Positions 41,550 to 53,366 of a stretch of 64,000 bases of DNA are shown here, in pieces. A program made the translations under genes and the position numbers. Origin of the DNA: a virus. A model generated the notes under the pieces. The model saw only the letters and a program-made list of their open reading frames with translations, had not been told where the DNA came from and searched no databases. Where the stretch lies: IMG/VR virus record IMGVR_UViG_3300019487_000017. One strand, given 5' to 3'. Numbering within the stretch: the stretch's first letter is position 1; every line of letters begins with the position of its first letter.

Positions 41550-41768
41550 CTAGTTATTACGTTCTTTTTTCTTCCACATATACCAACCGTATATATTACA
41601 AATTTGGTAGGCTGTAAATGTAGTGAAAGCTCCCCACTGTTTATTTACAAAGAAGATATACATCCAGAAGCAATTAGCGATTAACCAGACAGGCCAAGAT
41701 ATTTTATTTTGATGAGCGTTTAGAATCACGCCTATTACTGATAATATAGTTGCAATCCATTCTATCAT
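41550..41768 (-). CDS. short PnuC-like (nicotinamide riboside transporter family) membrane protein
   Basis: EWIATILSVIGVILNA..SWPVWLIAN..NIYGWYMW, 3 TM segments. Confidence 0.5.
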   Translation of the reverse strand: MIEWIATILSVIGVILNAHQNKISWPVWLIANCFWMYIFFVNKQWGAFTTFTAYQICNIYGWYMWKKKERNN

Positions 41769-43058
41769 TATTTATTCTTTCACAAAATTATCTAATCCTA
41801 TGTTGTACATCCAAAGATCGCCGTACTTTTTTCTTAGGAGAATCCTAATCACTTTTCCGTCTTGTATTTCATCTTTTTTATATTTAAGGCTTTCTTGTTT
41901 ACAATAGGATACAAAGACAGACTTTTCTTCTGTCGTAAGAGAAGAACAGCGATATATTCTGATATTTACAGTAGAAATAAAGTGATCGGATGTTATTATG
42001 AGGATACGGACATCTGTATAAGTTAAATACGTATTGTTATACCAGATAAATCCTATACAGGCAGGCACTACTGTTGTTGCTATTATTAGCAACAAGATTA
42101 AAAAATTAGAAAGATGCCATTTGTTGTTGTAAGTGCTTCTGAGCATTTTTAGTTAATGGAAAGCTACTTTGTACAGCACTATAAAAAGTATCTTTTATCC
42201 ATTCACTATCAATATGAATATGGTGAAGGTTTCCCATTTTATCTGATTCGCTATCGAATTGAGTTGTGACTTGATATATAGCCATATATTTGCGATATTC
42301 TTCATCTCTAAAAGAACCTTCATAAGATGTTTTCGTATAAGGCAAATAATCCAAAATATTATCTAAATTCTGTTTAAAGAAGAACGTAGTAGCACCAGGT
42401 TCTTGGAGTGGGAGAGTAATATGATTATAAATTTCAATAATAAAACAGGGAGGTGTAATATTTTCAAAGACTACAGAACAAACAAAGTTTTCTTTATTTA
42501 CTGGATACAGTTGTTTATGTAATTCCTCATTAAGCAAACAGCGAACATAAAGACGTGAATTTGCAGGGTTCTTATAAATATCAGCAATCATTTTGGATTC
42601 CTTTCACTATTATATACATTTGCTTGGAATAATCTGGAGATTCTCCTGTGATATTGTGATTGAATTTATTCCTTTTATCAAGGAGCAAATATGAGGCTAG
42701 GTTTAATATTGGCCCAAACATTGGATATGTGTTGTCCTGTTTGTGGGCTAGGTTCAGGAGAAGATGAAGATTATGCAGGGGAGATTACACTTCGTTGTTT
42801 GTCTGATATTTCATTAGATTATTCTGAAGTTGCAAAGAAAAGAACAGCAAATTGTCCCAGATGTGGTAAACCAGTTATGCCGACATTTATGATTATTAGG
42901 GTCTATAAAAAAGTAAGATCACTCCATATTAACGATTATAAGTCAACAATGGAGATCTTTAATCTTGGACCATTTACAAAATGGGAAGCAAAAAGCGTAG
43001 TTAGAGCAGAAAATAAAAAGATTAAGATAACATAAATATTTATTCGATTGGATATTAT

Positions 43059-43751
43059 ATGGCAAAGTCATCTCGAATATACACTGCGGAAGAAAAAGAA
43101 AATCATCGTTCTGCTTATAAAGAATATATAAAAGCACGTAAAAGATATCATCAAGAATTGGGAAATGGCGAATGGCAAAATATAAGCTGGAATGAATTTT
43201 TGAATCTTGTTACTCAAAAAGAAGAAATACATCTTTCGCCTGATTATCCACATTGCCCATTTTGCAATTCAGATGAATTGGAATTTTGTAAAAGAGAAGA
43301 AACACTAGTTGCTAGTTATGGCATTTACGACTCTAATCATCATTGGATACATTATAAATGTAAAAAATGCAATGAACTTTTTATTATGGAATATAATGGA
43401 TGTAATAATGCAAAACCTTTGCCACGATATAATGTTTGGTATACACAGTGTAAAAAGGTATTAAAGGGCATTCCAACTTGTTTTGAATCATATTTATATA
43501 CTTGTCGTTATTGTGGAGGAAACGTCCAACGTCAATCAGAAGATGAGATAGACGTAATTAATTATTATAATTGTCATACCAAACCTAAAATAATTTTTAA
43601 ATGCCTTAATTGTAAAGAAGAAGTTAAATCAAGTAATAATTATTTTTGTTGGGATTCTCCTCACCGTCCCAAAAAACCTTTTAAACCAAGAATGAAACTT
43701 CGTCTAGGTTGGAAAATCTATGAAGAAGTCGGAATTGCAGTAATTAATTAG
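43059..43751 (+). CDS. multi-CxxC zinc-binding protein
   Basis: CPFC, CKKC, CRYC, CLNC. Confidence 0.55.
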   Translation: MAKSSRIYTAEEKENHRSAYKEYIKARKRYHQELGNGEWQNISWNEFLNLVTQKEEIHLSPDYPHCPFCNSDELEFCKREETLVASYGIYDSNHHWIHYKCKKCNELFIMEYNGCNNAKPLPRYNVWYTQCKKVLKGIPTCFESYLYTCRYCGGNVQRQSEDEIDVINYYNCHTKPKIIFKCLNCKEEVKSSNNYFCWDSPHRPKKPFKPRMKLRLGWKIYEEVGIAVIN

Positions 43752-44952
43752 GTTTGATCTTTTGTGGTTCGAATAATTCTCGCATAGTTAAAAAGACAGT
43801 ATCAGGAACAACAAAACTCTCTCCGTTTTTACGCCTAAATATCCAATCGCTATTCCTTATAGGTTGTTTCCCGTTTTTTGTATTGAGAAAAAATTGAATT
43901 TGCGCTCCTTGCAATGTATTGGGGTCTCCTTCAATTATGTCTTCAAATATGTCAGGATATTTTTTATGATCAATGACACAGAATTGCTGAATAGAATATG
44001 AATTATCAATGGATTTAGGTTGATGCCGTTTTTTAGCAGCTCGTTCTCTCCAGGGTCTTTCTATTTTTGTGTCCCATTCTCCATCATCAACATTAGTTAC
44101 CTCTGTTACTCTTAATATCCCACATTTGGTACAAAAATCTGTTACTTTATAAGTTTTATCATTTATATCTACACGTTCCCATTTAACTTTTTCTTTTCCG
44201 CATTCATAACACAAATCTCGTTCGCTTCTTTCTTTTTTCTTCCATTTTACATTGATGTTATTTATATAACCTGCAGATTTTCCCCATTCTAACCATGATA
44301 AAGCAGATTGATTTACGTTGTAAGCTTTAATAAGTCCATCACATCTCGACTCCCACTTACCAAAATCTTCACCTGCTAATCGAGTCAGAAAGCCTTGGTA
44401 TCCCATCCAGGGACTGACATCCCGCAAATATTCCAATAGGATAGGAATCATTCTTTTGGGTTCTACTCTCCTTAATTCATTAAATGCTTCTCCATCCATT
44501 ATAGTATGCGGAAATGAATGCATTCTAGCATCATTATGCCATTCTCTCATAAGACCATGAATTTCATCATCTTCTAGGATTGGAGCAGGATTAAGAAGAT
44601 CGTTAACTTGTTGTTTTAAATGTCTATTCTCAGAGGCTACATGACATAGGTTTTCAGAATTTTCTTTGTATTCGTGGGCTAAAGCAAAAAGGATATTTTT
44701 AATTTCATGGTTGTTTACTTTTATTTCATGTTTATCTTCTATTTTCAATAAAAGACTATCATCTTGGGGATGCATTATTACATCATATGGATATTCATTA
44801 TTTTTATCCTTTTCAGGGTTGAATACCCATTCAGGATTACCTCTTAGTAAGCGATCAACAAGCCAGCTTACTGAAGGTTGTAATGATTTTAGAGTTTTCT
44901 TATCTGGGACGCTCATATAATTACCGCCTAATAACCAACTCACAATCTTCAA
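43744..44952 (-). CDS. multi-domain hypothetical protein
   Basis: 402 aa ORF with CYEC..CTKC. Confidence 0.55.
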   Translation of the reverse strand: MKIVSWLLGGNYMSVPDKKTLKSLQPSVSWLVDRLLRGNPEWVFNPEKDKNNEYPYDVIMHPQDDSLLLKIEDKHEIKVNNHEIKNILFALAHEYKENSENLCHVASENRHLKQQVNDLLNPAPILEDDEIHGLMREWHNDARMHSFPHTIMDGEAFNELRRVEPKRMIPILLEYLRDVSPWMGYQGFLTRLAGEDFGKWESRCDGLIKAYNVNQSALSWLEWGKSAGYINNINVKWKKKERSERDLCYECGKEKVKWERVDINDKTYKVTDFCTKCGILRVTEVTNVDDGEWDTKIERPWRERAAKKRHQPKSIDNSYSIQQFCVIDHKKYPDIFEDIIEGDPNTLQGAQIQFFLNTKNGKQPIRNSDWIFRRKNGESFVVPDTVFLTMRELFEPQKIKPN

Positions 44953-45420
44953 GTTGGTGCAAATTGTTTAAATCTCTCTCGCTTAAATCTGTTTCCGGTA
45001 AAGGAGATTCTTTTACACAAAAAGACGCAAATCTCAAAAGTTTTAGTAACCGTTTTACTGTTTGTATTCCATCTTCCTTAACTTTCTTCATTTGCTCTGA
45101 AAATCGTTTCTCATCTGCAACTATTTTATTTTTGACAAGTGATTTTTTACCTTCTGCAATTTCTGAAAACATTACAATTTGATTTTGTAATTCATCTTCA
45201 ACAAGTTGCCACATTCTTATTAAATGATAAATTTCAGCTAAATTAAATCGTTCTTTTGATCCATTAAATAGTTTGTTAACAACTTTTAAATCATCTGTAT
45301 TTTTACCTATAATCATAAACACAGATTGCCATGATTCAGCATCTTTAATTATTTCGCGCTCCGTATTGGTATCAAACAGGATATTTTCGACAATAAGCAT
45401 AAATCACTTCCTTTGCTAAA

Positions 45421-45999
45421 TTAAAGGCATTTGTGATTACTTTTCAAGCATTTGTCACACAGCTTTTTCTGGCAGATAGTACAAATAACTAACTGTTGTG
45501 ATAATGTGCGGCAAGCTTCGATACCACAATTATCGCACTCATCGGATGCTTTTTTAGACGCTTTCTGTTCTCGCCAAGCTTTAAACTCATCGTATTCTTC
45601 TGGAGGAACACAAACGACTGGAGTTGAACGATTTACCCATCCTGGTGCATAGTATGGTTTACGTACTCTGGGCGATAAAACAAACCCGATAAAATTACCA
45701 TCGGCACAATAATCAGGTCTATCGTCCAATAGAATATCGATACCTAATTTGTCACAAACTACAGTTTTGCAACAATCACCATGAGCGCTCCAATCAGCGG
45801 AATGAATATTTTCTTCTGGTAAGAAGTTAATATTGTTTTCGCGACAGGCAGATAACGCATCTTTTTGGTTCATATCTGTTATGATATGAATATCAACTCC
45901 TCCCTTTTGAAGTGATTGCATAAGATTTAACATTTCTTGTGGGTAGCGGCTTATGACTCCACCAATATCAAAAGCGATTTTCAGACGTTTTTCACTCAT
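45421..45999 (-). CDS. HAD-superfamily phosphatase-like protein
   Basis: IAFDIGGVI..IHIITD..K..ILLDDRP. Confidence 0.6.
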   Translation of the reverse strand: MSEKRLKIAFDIGGVISRYPQEMLNLMQSLQKGGVDIHIITDMNQKDALSACRENNINFLPEENIHSADWSAHGDCCKTVVCDKLGIDILLDDRPDYCADGNFIGFVLSPRVRKPYYAPGWVNRSTPVVCVPPEEYDEFKAWREQKASKKASDECDNCGIEACRTLSQQLVICTICQKKLCDKCLKSNHKCL

Positions 46000-46096
46000 T
46001 TATTTCTCCTGTTCGTCAAGAGTTAAGATAAGTATGGTTAGGAAATTGCTGGAGACGATACAAGGTAAGAAGAAAATATTTAACCAATAAACTTTT

Positions 46097-46483
46097 ATGT
46101 TCAAGAAGATAATAACATCTCAAACGATTGCCCCCTTGCAAACTCAACGTGTTTGGTTAGATGACCTTAGACCAACTCCTGCTGGTTATACCCATACTTG
46201 TCGTACAGCTAAAGAAGCGATAGCATTATTAAGCAATAAACAGGTCGAATTTATTTCTCTTGATCATGATTTAGGACCGCCCGAAGCTGGAACTGGTTAT
46301 GAAGTAGCTACTTTTATTGAGAGGGCAGCTTATTTCAATGAAATTCCGCCTTTAAAATGGCAGATTCATTCAGCAAATAGTGTAGGTATAATGAAGATGA
46401 AAGTTGCATTGGACAATGCAGATAAATTTTTTGAATCACACATTAATAAAGATAATAACCCACAACAGGAATTGCAGTTATGA
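46097..46483 (+). CDS. cyclic-phosphate processing receiver-domain protein
   Basis: VWLDDLRPTP..ISLDHDLG..GTGYEVA..IHSANSVG. Confidence 0.85.
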   Translation: MFKKIITSQTIAPLQTQRVWLDDLRPTPAGYTHTCRTAKEAIALLSNKQVEFISLDHDLGPPEAGTGYEVATFIERAAYFNEIPPLKWQIHSANSVGIMKMKVALDNADKFFESHINKDNNPQQELQL

Positions 46484-46791
46484 AAAATATACAAACCCCA
46501 GGTTTTATACAAAAAGCTTCCAAATCAAATAAGACTGAAAGAGCAAAGCATTCAGATTTGATTACTTTGCCTGAATCAGTTAAAGGGACTAATTGTGGTA
46601 ATTGTAAATATGTCCAGGAATTGGAAAACGATATTTTAGATTGTCGTCATGAAGAAGTAGCACAAACTGTAACAGAACGTATGTGTTGTAGTTATTGGGA
46701 TCACCAGGATGTAAAACGTCCCTGGCTTTAAAAATAAAATTGTCGCAAGTGATTGTTGAGAACCCTATATCCTTAAATCTTAGGATGTAAG

Positions 46792-47778
46792 ATGTTACAC
46801 GAGATTAGCAAAACTGAATCACACCGTTATAAATATACAATAGTTTTCACTTCATTAAGCAAACCTGAAGTATCTATTGAAAAAACGATATCATCTGAGA
46901 CTCCTATTGATCATAGACAATTACATGCCATTGCTAATGATACTAAGGCCCGCCTTACAGGAAAATATAATATAAAAATAATAACGTCAGAAAGAGATAA
47001 TGAGAAAATGGTATTTAATACTAGAAAAGATACGCCTTTGCGTATTGATAAATGCTATTATAGCAGAAATGGTGGAAAAGTAGTAGTTAAAAAGATCGTA
47101 AGTATTCAAAACAACAGAATTACTTATAAAAGAATATATGGGCGACCGGCTAAACTTTTAAACTCTGTTGGAGAATGCAGTATTATTACTTTTCGTAATT
47201 GGATGAATGGGGAAATTGGAGAAGACGTTGATTTTTCTTCTATAGAAGGGGCAACTATTTACCCAACATATCTAGTTTATAATACAAAAGGCATTCCTAT
47301 TTTTCGTTGTTTCCAAAGACGCGCTAGATTTTATCTAAAACGAAATTTTGCAATTGAAATAGGGAATTGCGAATTACAGCTAACTGAAAAGGGAGCAAAG
47401 ACAGAAGAAATGCTAATTAAAAGATATGGCGATTTATCTCATTTGCCATTCTTTATGGCTGTTAAAAATGATAAATGCGTTGTTTGTGGTTCAAATAAAA
47501 GTTTGACTTCACACCATATAATACCCAAACGCCTTAAAAACACATTGCCTATTCAAATGCGTAAGGAACTGTCAAACGTTTTATACATATGTTCTTCTTG
47601 CCACGAAAGATATGAAAGACATATTGAAAAACAAGGGGATTTTATAATGGAAGACCCTGAAAGTTTCGTTATCGCTTGGCGGGATGATTTTATAAACACT
47701 ATGAATCCTAAATATCTGCCTGCTGGATGGGATATATTTGTGCAAAATTATAACCATAAGAAAATAAACGCAGCATAA
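46792..47778 (+). CDS. HNH-domain protein
   Basis: CVVCGS..LTSHHIIP..NVLYICSSCHERYE. Confidence 0.65.
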   Translation: MLHEISKTESHRYKYTIVFTSLSKPEVSIEKTISSETPIDHRQLHAIANDTKARLTGKYNIKIITSERDNEKMVFNTRKDTPLRIDKCYYSRNGGKVVVKKIVSIQNNRITYKRIYGRPAKLLNSVGECSIITFRNWMNGEIGEDVDFSSIEGATIYPTYLVYNTKGIPIFRCFQRRARFYLKRNFAIEIGNCELQLTEKGAKTEEMLIKRYGDLSHLPFFMAVKNDKCVVCGSNKSLTSHHIIPKRLKNTLPIQMRKELSNVLYICSSCHERYERHIEKQGDFIMEDPESFVIAWRDDFINTMNPKYLPAGWDIFVQNYNHKKINAA

Positions 47779-47846
47779 ACTTTCTCCAGACAACCACGAG
47801 ATTCTAAGTACATCTCTATAACTTCATTTAATGAAAGGAAAAATTC

Positions 47847-48437
47847 ATGAAGTATTTTGTCTTGGGAACATTTGGTTTGATTGTTGTGACAGCTGTTATC
47901 TTAGTTGGCATGTGGTTGAGCTATTCTAACGGTGAAGCTAAACTGCGTAATTTAATTACGGCGAAGCAAAAAGATAACCAAAGTCAATTGGATAACACAG
48001 TTAAAGTCATTTCTCAAACTGCACAAGTTACTGATGCACAAGTTCAATCTATTAAAGATATTATTGTAGGTAATGCTACAGCAAGGCATGTAGATGGCGG
48101 AAATTTGATGTTATCTATTCAGGAAGCGGTTCCCAATGTAGACAGAACCACCGAAACCTTTACAAATCTACAGAATATCATTGTTGCCGCAAGAAATACT
48201 TGGACTAATAACCAACGAGAGTTGTTGGATTATAAACGTGAACACGACAATTTAATTGATACACAACCTTCTCGATTTTTTGTTGTAACTTTGGGTGGAA
48301 AAGATAAAATCGATGTAGTTATTGTTACATCAACTCGTACTGAAAAATCATTTGAAACTGGAAAAGACGATGATGATCAGGTGTTTCGTCGTCCGCAGTC
48401 TCCAAATCCAGCTACAAATGTTGAAAAATCTAACTAA
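47847..48437 (+). CDS. LemA-like membrane-anchored protein
   Basis: N-terminal TM, coiled coil, IVTSTRTEKSFETGKDD. Confidence 0.55.
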   Translation: MKYFVLGTFGLIVVTAVILVGMWLSYSNGEAKLRNLITAKQKDNQSQLDNTVKVISQTAQVTDAQVQSIKDIIVGNATARHVDGGNLMLSIQEAVPNVDRTTETFTNLQNIIVAARNTWTNNQRELLDYKREHDNLIDTQPSRFFVVTLGGKDKIDVVIVTSTRTEKSFETGKDDDDQVFRRPQSPNPATNVEKSN

Positions 48438-48449
48438 AGCATATAACCA

Positions 48450-49574
48450 ATGTGGGTATTTTATCTAGCATCTGTATTACCGCTGATCCCAGCCACATAT
48501 CTATTATACAAGCATAAAGAGATTGTATGGTATGAATGGCTGGGATCATTTGGTATAGGGTTACTTCTCGCTGCTGCATTCCATCTTCTTGCAGTAACGG
48601 GTATGACATATGATACAGAAACATGGAGCGGTCGAGTTGAATCAACAACTTATTATCCTAAATGGGTTGAACGTTACACAGAAACTATTACTGAAACCGT
48701 AAGAGACAGCAAAGGGAACACAAAAACAAAAACTCGTAAGGAGACCAGATATAGAACGCATGGTCCTGATTGGGTAGCTTATACTGACTTAGGCTATAAC
48801 ATTGATATTAGTTCTGATACGTTTGAAGATATAAAAAACAAATTTGGGGGAAAGGTTGAAGTTAAACAACCTTGGAAATCAGGTTTTCATAGTGGTGACA
48901 AGAATACCTATTCGGTTAATAATAATACCGGATATTTAATGCCTGTTAATATTCATAAGAGTTTTGAAAACAGAGTTAAGGCAGCTCCCAGTTTATTTAG
49001 TTTTGCTCCTATCCCAAAAGATGCAAAGGTATATCCTTATCCTAAGAACGATAATATTTTTAGATCTGATAGGCTTGTGGGGAATGCTTCAAATTATATC
49101 TCAGCATTGGAAATGGACCGTTTGAATGCTCGTTTAGGTGGCGATAAAAAAGTGAATATCATTTTGGTTGGATTTGATAAAGGAACAGATCCGATGAACG
49201 CAGTTTTTCAACAATCTGCTTGGATTGGTGGAAAGAAAAACGATATTGTTATTTGTTATGGTGGTGGAGATGGGAATAATCCTCCACAATGGGTTAGAAC
49301 ATTTGGTTGGACAGAAGAAGAATTATGTAAGCAAAATTTAAATACATTATTATTAAAACACCCCATAAATAATGATGTATTAGATATCATAGAAACAGAA
49401 GTAAGAAAGAATTATAGGATAAAAGATTGGTCTAAGTTTGATTATATAACAGTTGAACCTCCTACATGGAGTTATATAGTCTATTTTATAATGTTACCGA
49501 TGGTTCAAATCGGGTTTTGGGTTTTTGCATACCAAAATGAATATCAAAAATCATTTATTCATCAGTGGCGGTAA
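48450..49574 (+). CDS. membrane protein paired with LemA-like gene
   Basis: 2 N-terminal and 1 C-terminal TM; WIGGKKNDIVI. Confidence 0.6.
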   Translation: MWVFYLASVLPLIPATYLLYKHKEIVWYEWLGSFGIGLLLAAAFHLLAVTGMTYDTETWSGRVESTTYYPKWVERYTETITETVRDSKGNTKTKTRKETRYRTHGPDWVAYTDLGYNIDISSDTFEDIKNKFGGKVEVKQPWKSGFHSGDKNTYSVNNNTGYLMPVNIHKSFENRVKAAPSLFSFAPIPKDAKVYPYPKNDNIFRSDRLVGNASNYISALEMDRLNARLGGDKKVNIILVGFDKGTDPMNAVFQQSAWIGGKKNDIVICYGGGDGNNPPQWVRTFGWTEEELCKQNLNTLLLKHPINNDVLDIIETEVRKNYRIKDWSKFDYITVEPPTWSYIVYFIMLPMVQIGFWVFAYQNEYQKSFIHQWR

Positions 49575-50298
49575 TCTTGAAGGATTAAACAACGATCAAA
49601 GTAATACCTGGAATAGAGACTATCTTTCAGGTGATACATTGCTTAATGATCTTGCTTTAGACAGAGAGAAACATACTCTTTATCAGTTAACTTGGCAAAA
49701 ATATCCTTTGCTTGCAGAAGAAGGTTGGTGTTTTTTCTCCAACCTAAACAAAGACCAACAGATAATACAGAAAATAATTTTGGAAGATGCTAAATCACTA
49801 AATCCAATTGATGTAATGGGAAAAGTTAATTTAGACGCTTTTGATTGCACAGGACGAAAGATATCATATTGCTATCCAGTATTTGTATTTGTTGGTATTG
49901 AAGTGATGAAATTAAAGAGATAATTTGTGGAAAATAAAGAATATGCGGAACTTCAATTACATGAAGACCAAATGGGATATTGCCCTTTTTGTTTAGAGAT
50001 CCTGTATTCATATGATTGTTCATTTGACAATACAAATTATGTTTATTCTATGACACGGCACTATGATTGCGGTTTAACAATTTCAACAAAAAACTCAGTA
50101 CCTTTGGATAAATTGTATAACTTTGGTGAATTAACTTTTAAAGTAATTAATAAATGTACAAACTCTAAGCCGAAGACGGAACACAAATGTGTTTGCGATA
50201 AAAAATCTTTACTTATGAATGGTTGTAAATGTGGGGGAATCTGATATACATGTTGTAAATGTTTAAGCACCTTTATTCAACATGAAAAGAGAAGAAAA

Positions 50299-51285
50299 AT
50301 GAGTATCAAAATTTTTGGTCTAAATGGGACTCAAGATTTTGCTGAGAAAGTTTGCCGCTACATAGACATAGAAATATCTTCACATATAGAAAAACATTTT
50401 GAAGATGGGGAATTCTATTCCCGTGCAGATCAAAACGTAAGAGGGGGAGATGTTTACGTAATACACAGCTTATACGGCGATGAAGAAATGAGCGCGGGGG
50501 AGAAATTGGCTAACTTAGCTTTTTTCTGTGGTTCCTTAAAAGATGCTTCTGCTGGTAGAATAACTGTAGTTTGTCCATATCTTCCTTTTGCTAGACAAGA
50601 TCGAAAAACTGAAAGTAGAGCTCCAATAGCAACAAAATATGTTGCCCAAATTTTAGAAGCTATGGGTGTAAGTCGTTTATTAACGATGGATATTCATAAC
50701 TTAGCTGCATTTCAAAATGCTTTTCGTATCCCTACTGATAATCTTGAAGCAAAATTGTTGTTTGTTCAATATTTGGAAAAGCAAAAAGATTGGAAACAAC
50801 CTTTGGTATGTTTATCACCAGATAGTGGCGGCATGCACAGGACCAGGAGATTTAGAGAAAGCTTGGAACGCAAGTTAGGAATGTTGAATCAGATTAGTAT
50901 AGCTTATTTGGATAAAGAAAGGTTAGTATCATCTGGTGCCGTGAATGGAGATAAGATCGTAGGAGACGTAGAAAATAAAGATGTTATCATTATAGACGAT
51001 ATGATTTCAACTGGTAGTACAATCAAAAAATCGAAAGAAGCGGTTGAAGCACATGGTGGAACGGTATATGCAGTCATATCTACACATGGTTTATTTATAG
51101 GGGATGCCTCCGGTAACTTGGATGGTCTTCATAATATCATTATTAGCGATACTGTGCCTCCGTTCCGTTTAACTGGCGGAGATGTTAGCAAAAATGTGCA
51201 TGTAGTGGAAACTGCCGAATTATTTGCTCGTGCAATTCGCAGAAATCATGATGGAGCATCTATTTCAGAACTTTTAGAGGATTAA
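50299..51285 (+). CDS. prs: ribose-phosphate pyrophosphokinase (Prs) family
   Basis: FEDGE, PYLPFARQDRK, MDIH, SPDSGG, IIIDDMISTGST, THGLF. Confidence 0.93.
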   Translation: MSIKIFGLNGTQDFAEKVCRYIDIEISSHIEKHFEDGEFYSRADQNVRGGDVYVIHSLYGDEEMSAGEKLANLAFFCGSLKDASAGRITVVCPYLPFARQDRKTESRAPIATKYVAQILEAMGVSRLLTMDIHNLAAFQNAFRIPTDNLEAKLLFVQYLEKQKDWKQPLVCLSPDSGGMHRTRRFRESLERKLGMLNQISIAYLDKERLVSSGAVNGDKIVGDVENKDVIIIDDMISTGSTIKKSKEAVEAHGGTVYAVISTHGLFIGDASGNLDGLHNIIISDTVPPFRLTGGDVSKNVHVVETAELFARAIRRNHDGASISELLED

Positions 51286-51706
51286 ATTATGTTTAAAGGT
51301 GTACCTAATGATAAGGTTCTTGCTGATGGTGTGCCATTTGAAATGGGAATGACTATTTTTTTTGGACATCCAATAAGCCCAAGATCAATTGAGACTAGTC
51401 CAGAAAAGCATCGATTAGAATTAATTCAAGGGCGATTTTGGTATCTTTTACCAATTGAAATTACTGAAATACCTAAAGATTGGAGAGAAGCAGGGAAAAT
51501 TTGTGGCGCTCATAATATTAAATATGCTTATTCGACAAAAATAAAACTTATTCAAGCCAAGGTTAAGGAAAGAATTATCAACATAAAATTGTCTGCAGAT
51601 ACGCTTTGTCAGGTATTTGAAAAACATGGTTCTCCTGAAAACGGTCTTTCTGAATTAGCGAAAGAGATTCAGGAAAAAATGAAAAAATACTAAATTTAAG
51701 GAAAAA

Positions 51707-52768
51707 ATGCAATTATCAACGAAGATTAGAGGGATGATTTTAGGTGCAGCTATTGGTGACGCTTTAGGCGCTCCTGTGGAATCTCTTTCTGCAGACGAAA
51801 TTAAAAAACGATATCCCTCTACGCAAGGTACAGGAATTACTGATTATATTCAGCGAATGCAAGATAATGGCAAACCATCTCGTTTAAAACCTGGATATTG
51901 GACGGATGATACTCAATTAACTTTAGCAGTAGCTCAAGGATGCATTAATTCTAAGTCATTTAGCGTTAACGACTTCATGCAGTCCCAATCTCTCGCTCAT
52001 GTTCAAAGCTATAAGGATATTGGCACTGGTGGATGGGGAAGAACAACCCGTACAGCTATTGCTACTTTAAGTGGCACAATAGAATCTACTAAGAATGCAT
52101 GGCTTACTTCTGCCCCTCGCGAGAAGAATTTAGGCTTAGGCAACGGTGTTTGTATGAAAGTCTCACCCGTTGCTGCTATTGCTGCAGCACAAAATACAAG
52201 AAGAATATCTTCAAAAATTAGAAGATTAAATGTTGAAGAATTAGTAATTCCTTTAACATTAATGACACATTATTCTAGTATAGCTGTTTCTTCTGCATTG
52301 GCACAATATTCTGCAGCTCTATACTGTTTAACACGGAAAAATGCGGCAAGTTTCAAGCCTAATGAATTTGCCGCAGAAGTAATAGCAAGTTCAGCGAAAG
52401 GTCTTAAATATGTTCCAGAGACTCTTGTTGATAATATGACTTCCAGATTGTCTTTATTAACAGATGTATCTGCATTCAATACCAATCGTATTATCAAAGA
52501 ATTCAATGGTGGCACTGTATATTGCTATAATAGCTTACCTTTCAGTTTAATGTTCTTTTTAAAGGATCCTTATAGCATTAATTCAATGTTTGATTGTGCT
52601 TCTGCTGGAGGAGATACAGATTCAAATGCTTCAATGGTAGGATCTTTATTGGGTGCATTACATGGAGAAGAATTCTTCAAACCATTCAGCTATTTAGTAG
52701 ATAATTTAGATAGTAATAAGTATATATTAGGGGTAGCCGATAAACTTTGCAAAAGGTTAAAAATTTAA
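51707..52768 (+). CDS. ADP-ribosylglycohydrolase (DraG/ARH family)
   Basis: GAAIGDALGAPVE, WTDDTQL, GNGVCM, MTH, GGDTDSNASMVGSLLGA. Confidence 0.92.
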   Translation: MQLSTKIRGMILGAAIGDALGAPVESLSADEIKKRYPSTQGTGITDYIQRMQDNGKPSRLKPGYWTDDTQLTLAVAQGCINSKSFSVNDFMQSQSLAHVQSYKDIGTGGWGRTTRTAIATLSGTIESTKNAWLTSAPREKNLGLGNGVCMKVSPVAAIAAAQNTRRISSKIRRLNVEELVIPLTLMTHYSSIAVSSALAQYSAALYCLTRKNAASFKPNEFAAEVIASSAKGLKYVPETLVDNMTSRLSLLTDVSAFNTNRIIKEFNGGTVYCYNSLPFSLMFFLKDPYSINSMFDCASAGGDTDSNASMVGSLLGALHGEEFFKPFSYLVDNLDSNKYILGVADKLCKRLKI

Positions 52769-53262
52769 GAGCGCGTCATATATGCAGCAAATGGGTTACT
52801 CCAAAAATCAGAGTTAAACATATTCTGCATTCTGTTATCGTAGACTTGATTAGAGTTTGGATTTACCATTGTTCTTTGTTCATTGTAGTTTTTTAAACTA
52901 TCAATTAATCGTATTTCATCATTTAATTTAGTCAAGGTATCTTGTCTATTTTTGACAAGATTATCTAGATACTGATATTGAGATTGTGATAAAGCTAGTT
53001 CTTTTTGAGCATTAGCTTTCATTTGGGTCATTTGCATTTGCGTTGCAGGATCATTTGTTGGAATAGGGGTATTAACTTGACCCTGTAAGATATTTATATA
53101 CTGTTGCATATGAGCCAACTGACCTTCGGCACGTTGTATATCTTGCTGAGTTTGTTTAACTTTTTCTTCTATGTATTCGCGTTCTTGTGCAAAATCCATT
53201 TGGGTTTGCATAAGATATGCTTGAGATTGATTGGCTATTTGAGATCGTTTAAACCAGCTCAT
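52765..53262 (-). CDS. Gln-rich coiled-coil protein with MSWFKRSQ N-terminus
   Basis: Probable start MSWFKRSQ within track ORF 52765..53283. Confidence 0.55.
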   Translation of the reverse strand: MSWFKRSQIANQSQAYLMQTQMDFAQEREYIEEKVKQTQQDIQRAEGQLAHMQQYINILQGQVNTPIPTNDPATQMQMTQMKANAQKELALSQSQYQYLDNLVKNRQDTLTKLNDEIRLIDSLKNYNEQRTMVNPNSNQVYDNRMQNMFNSDFWSNPFAAYMTRS

Positions 53263-53366
53263 ATTACCTATATTCTTACCCAATTTTATTATATTAACCT
53301 TTTGTTTTCTCCTGTGAAATGAATTAAATCTGTATACACGATTATATACAGAGAAACGGATAATTT

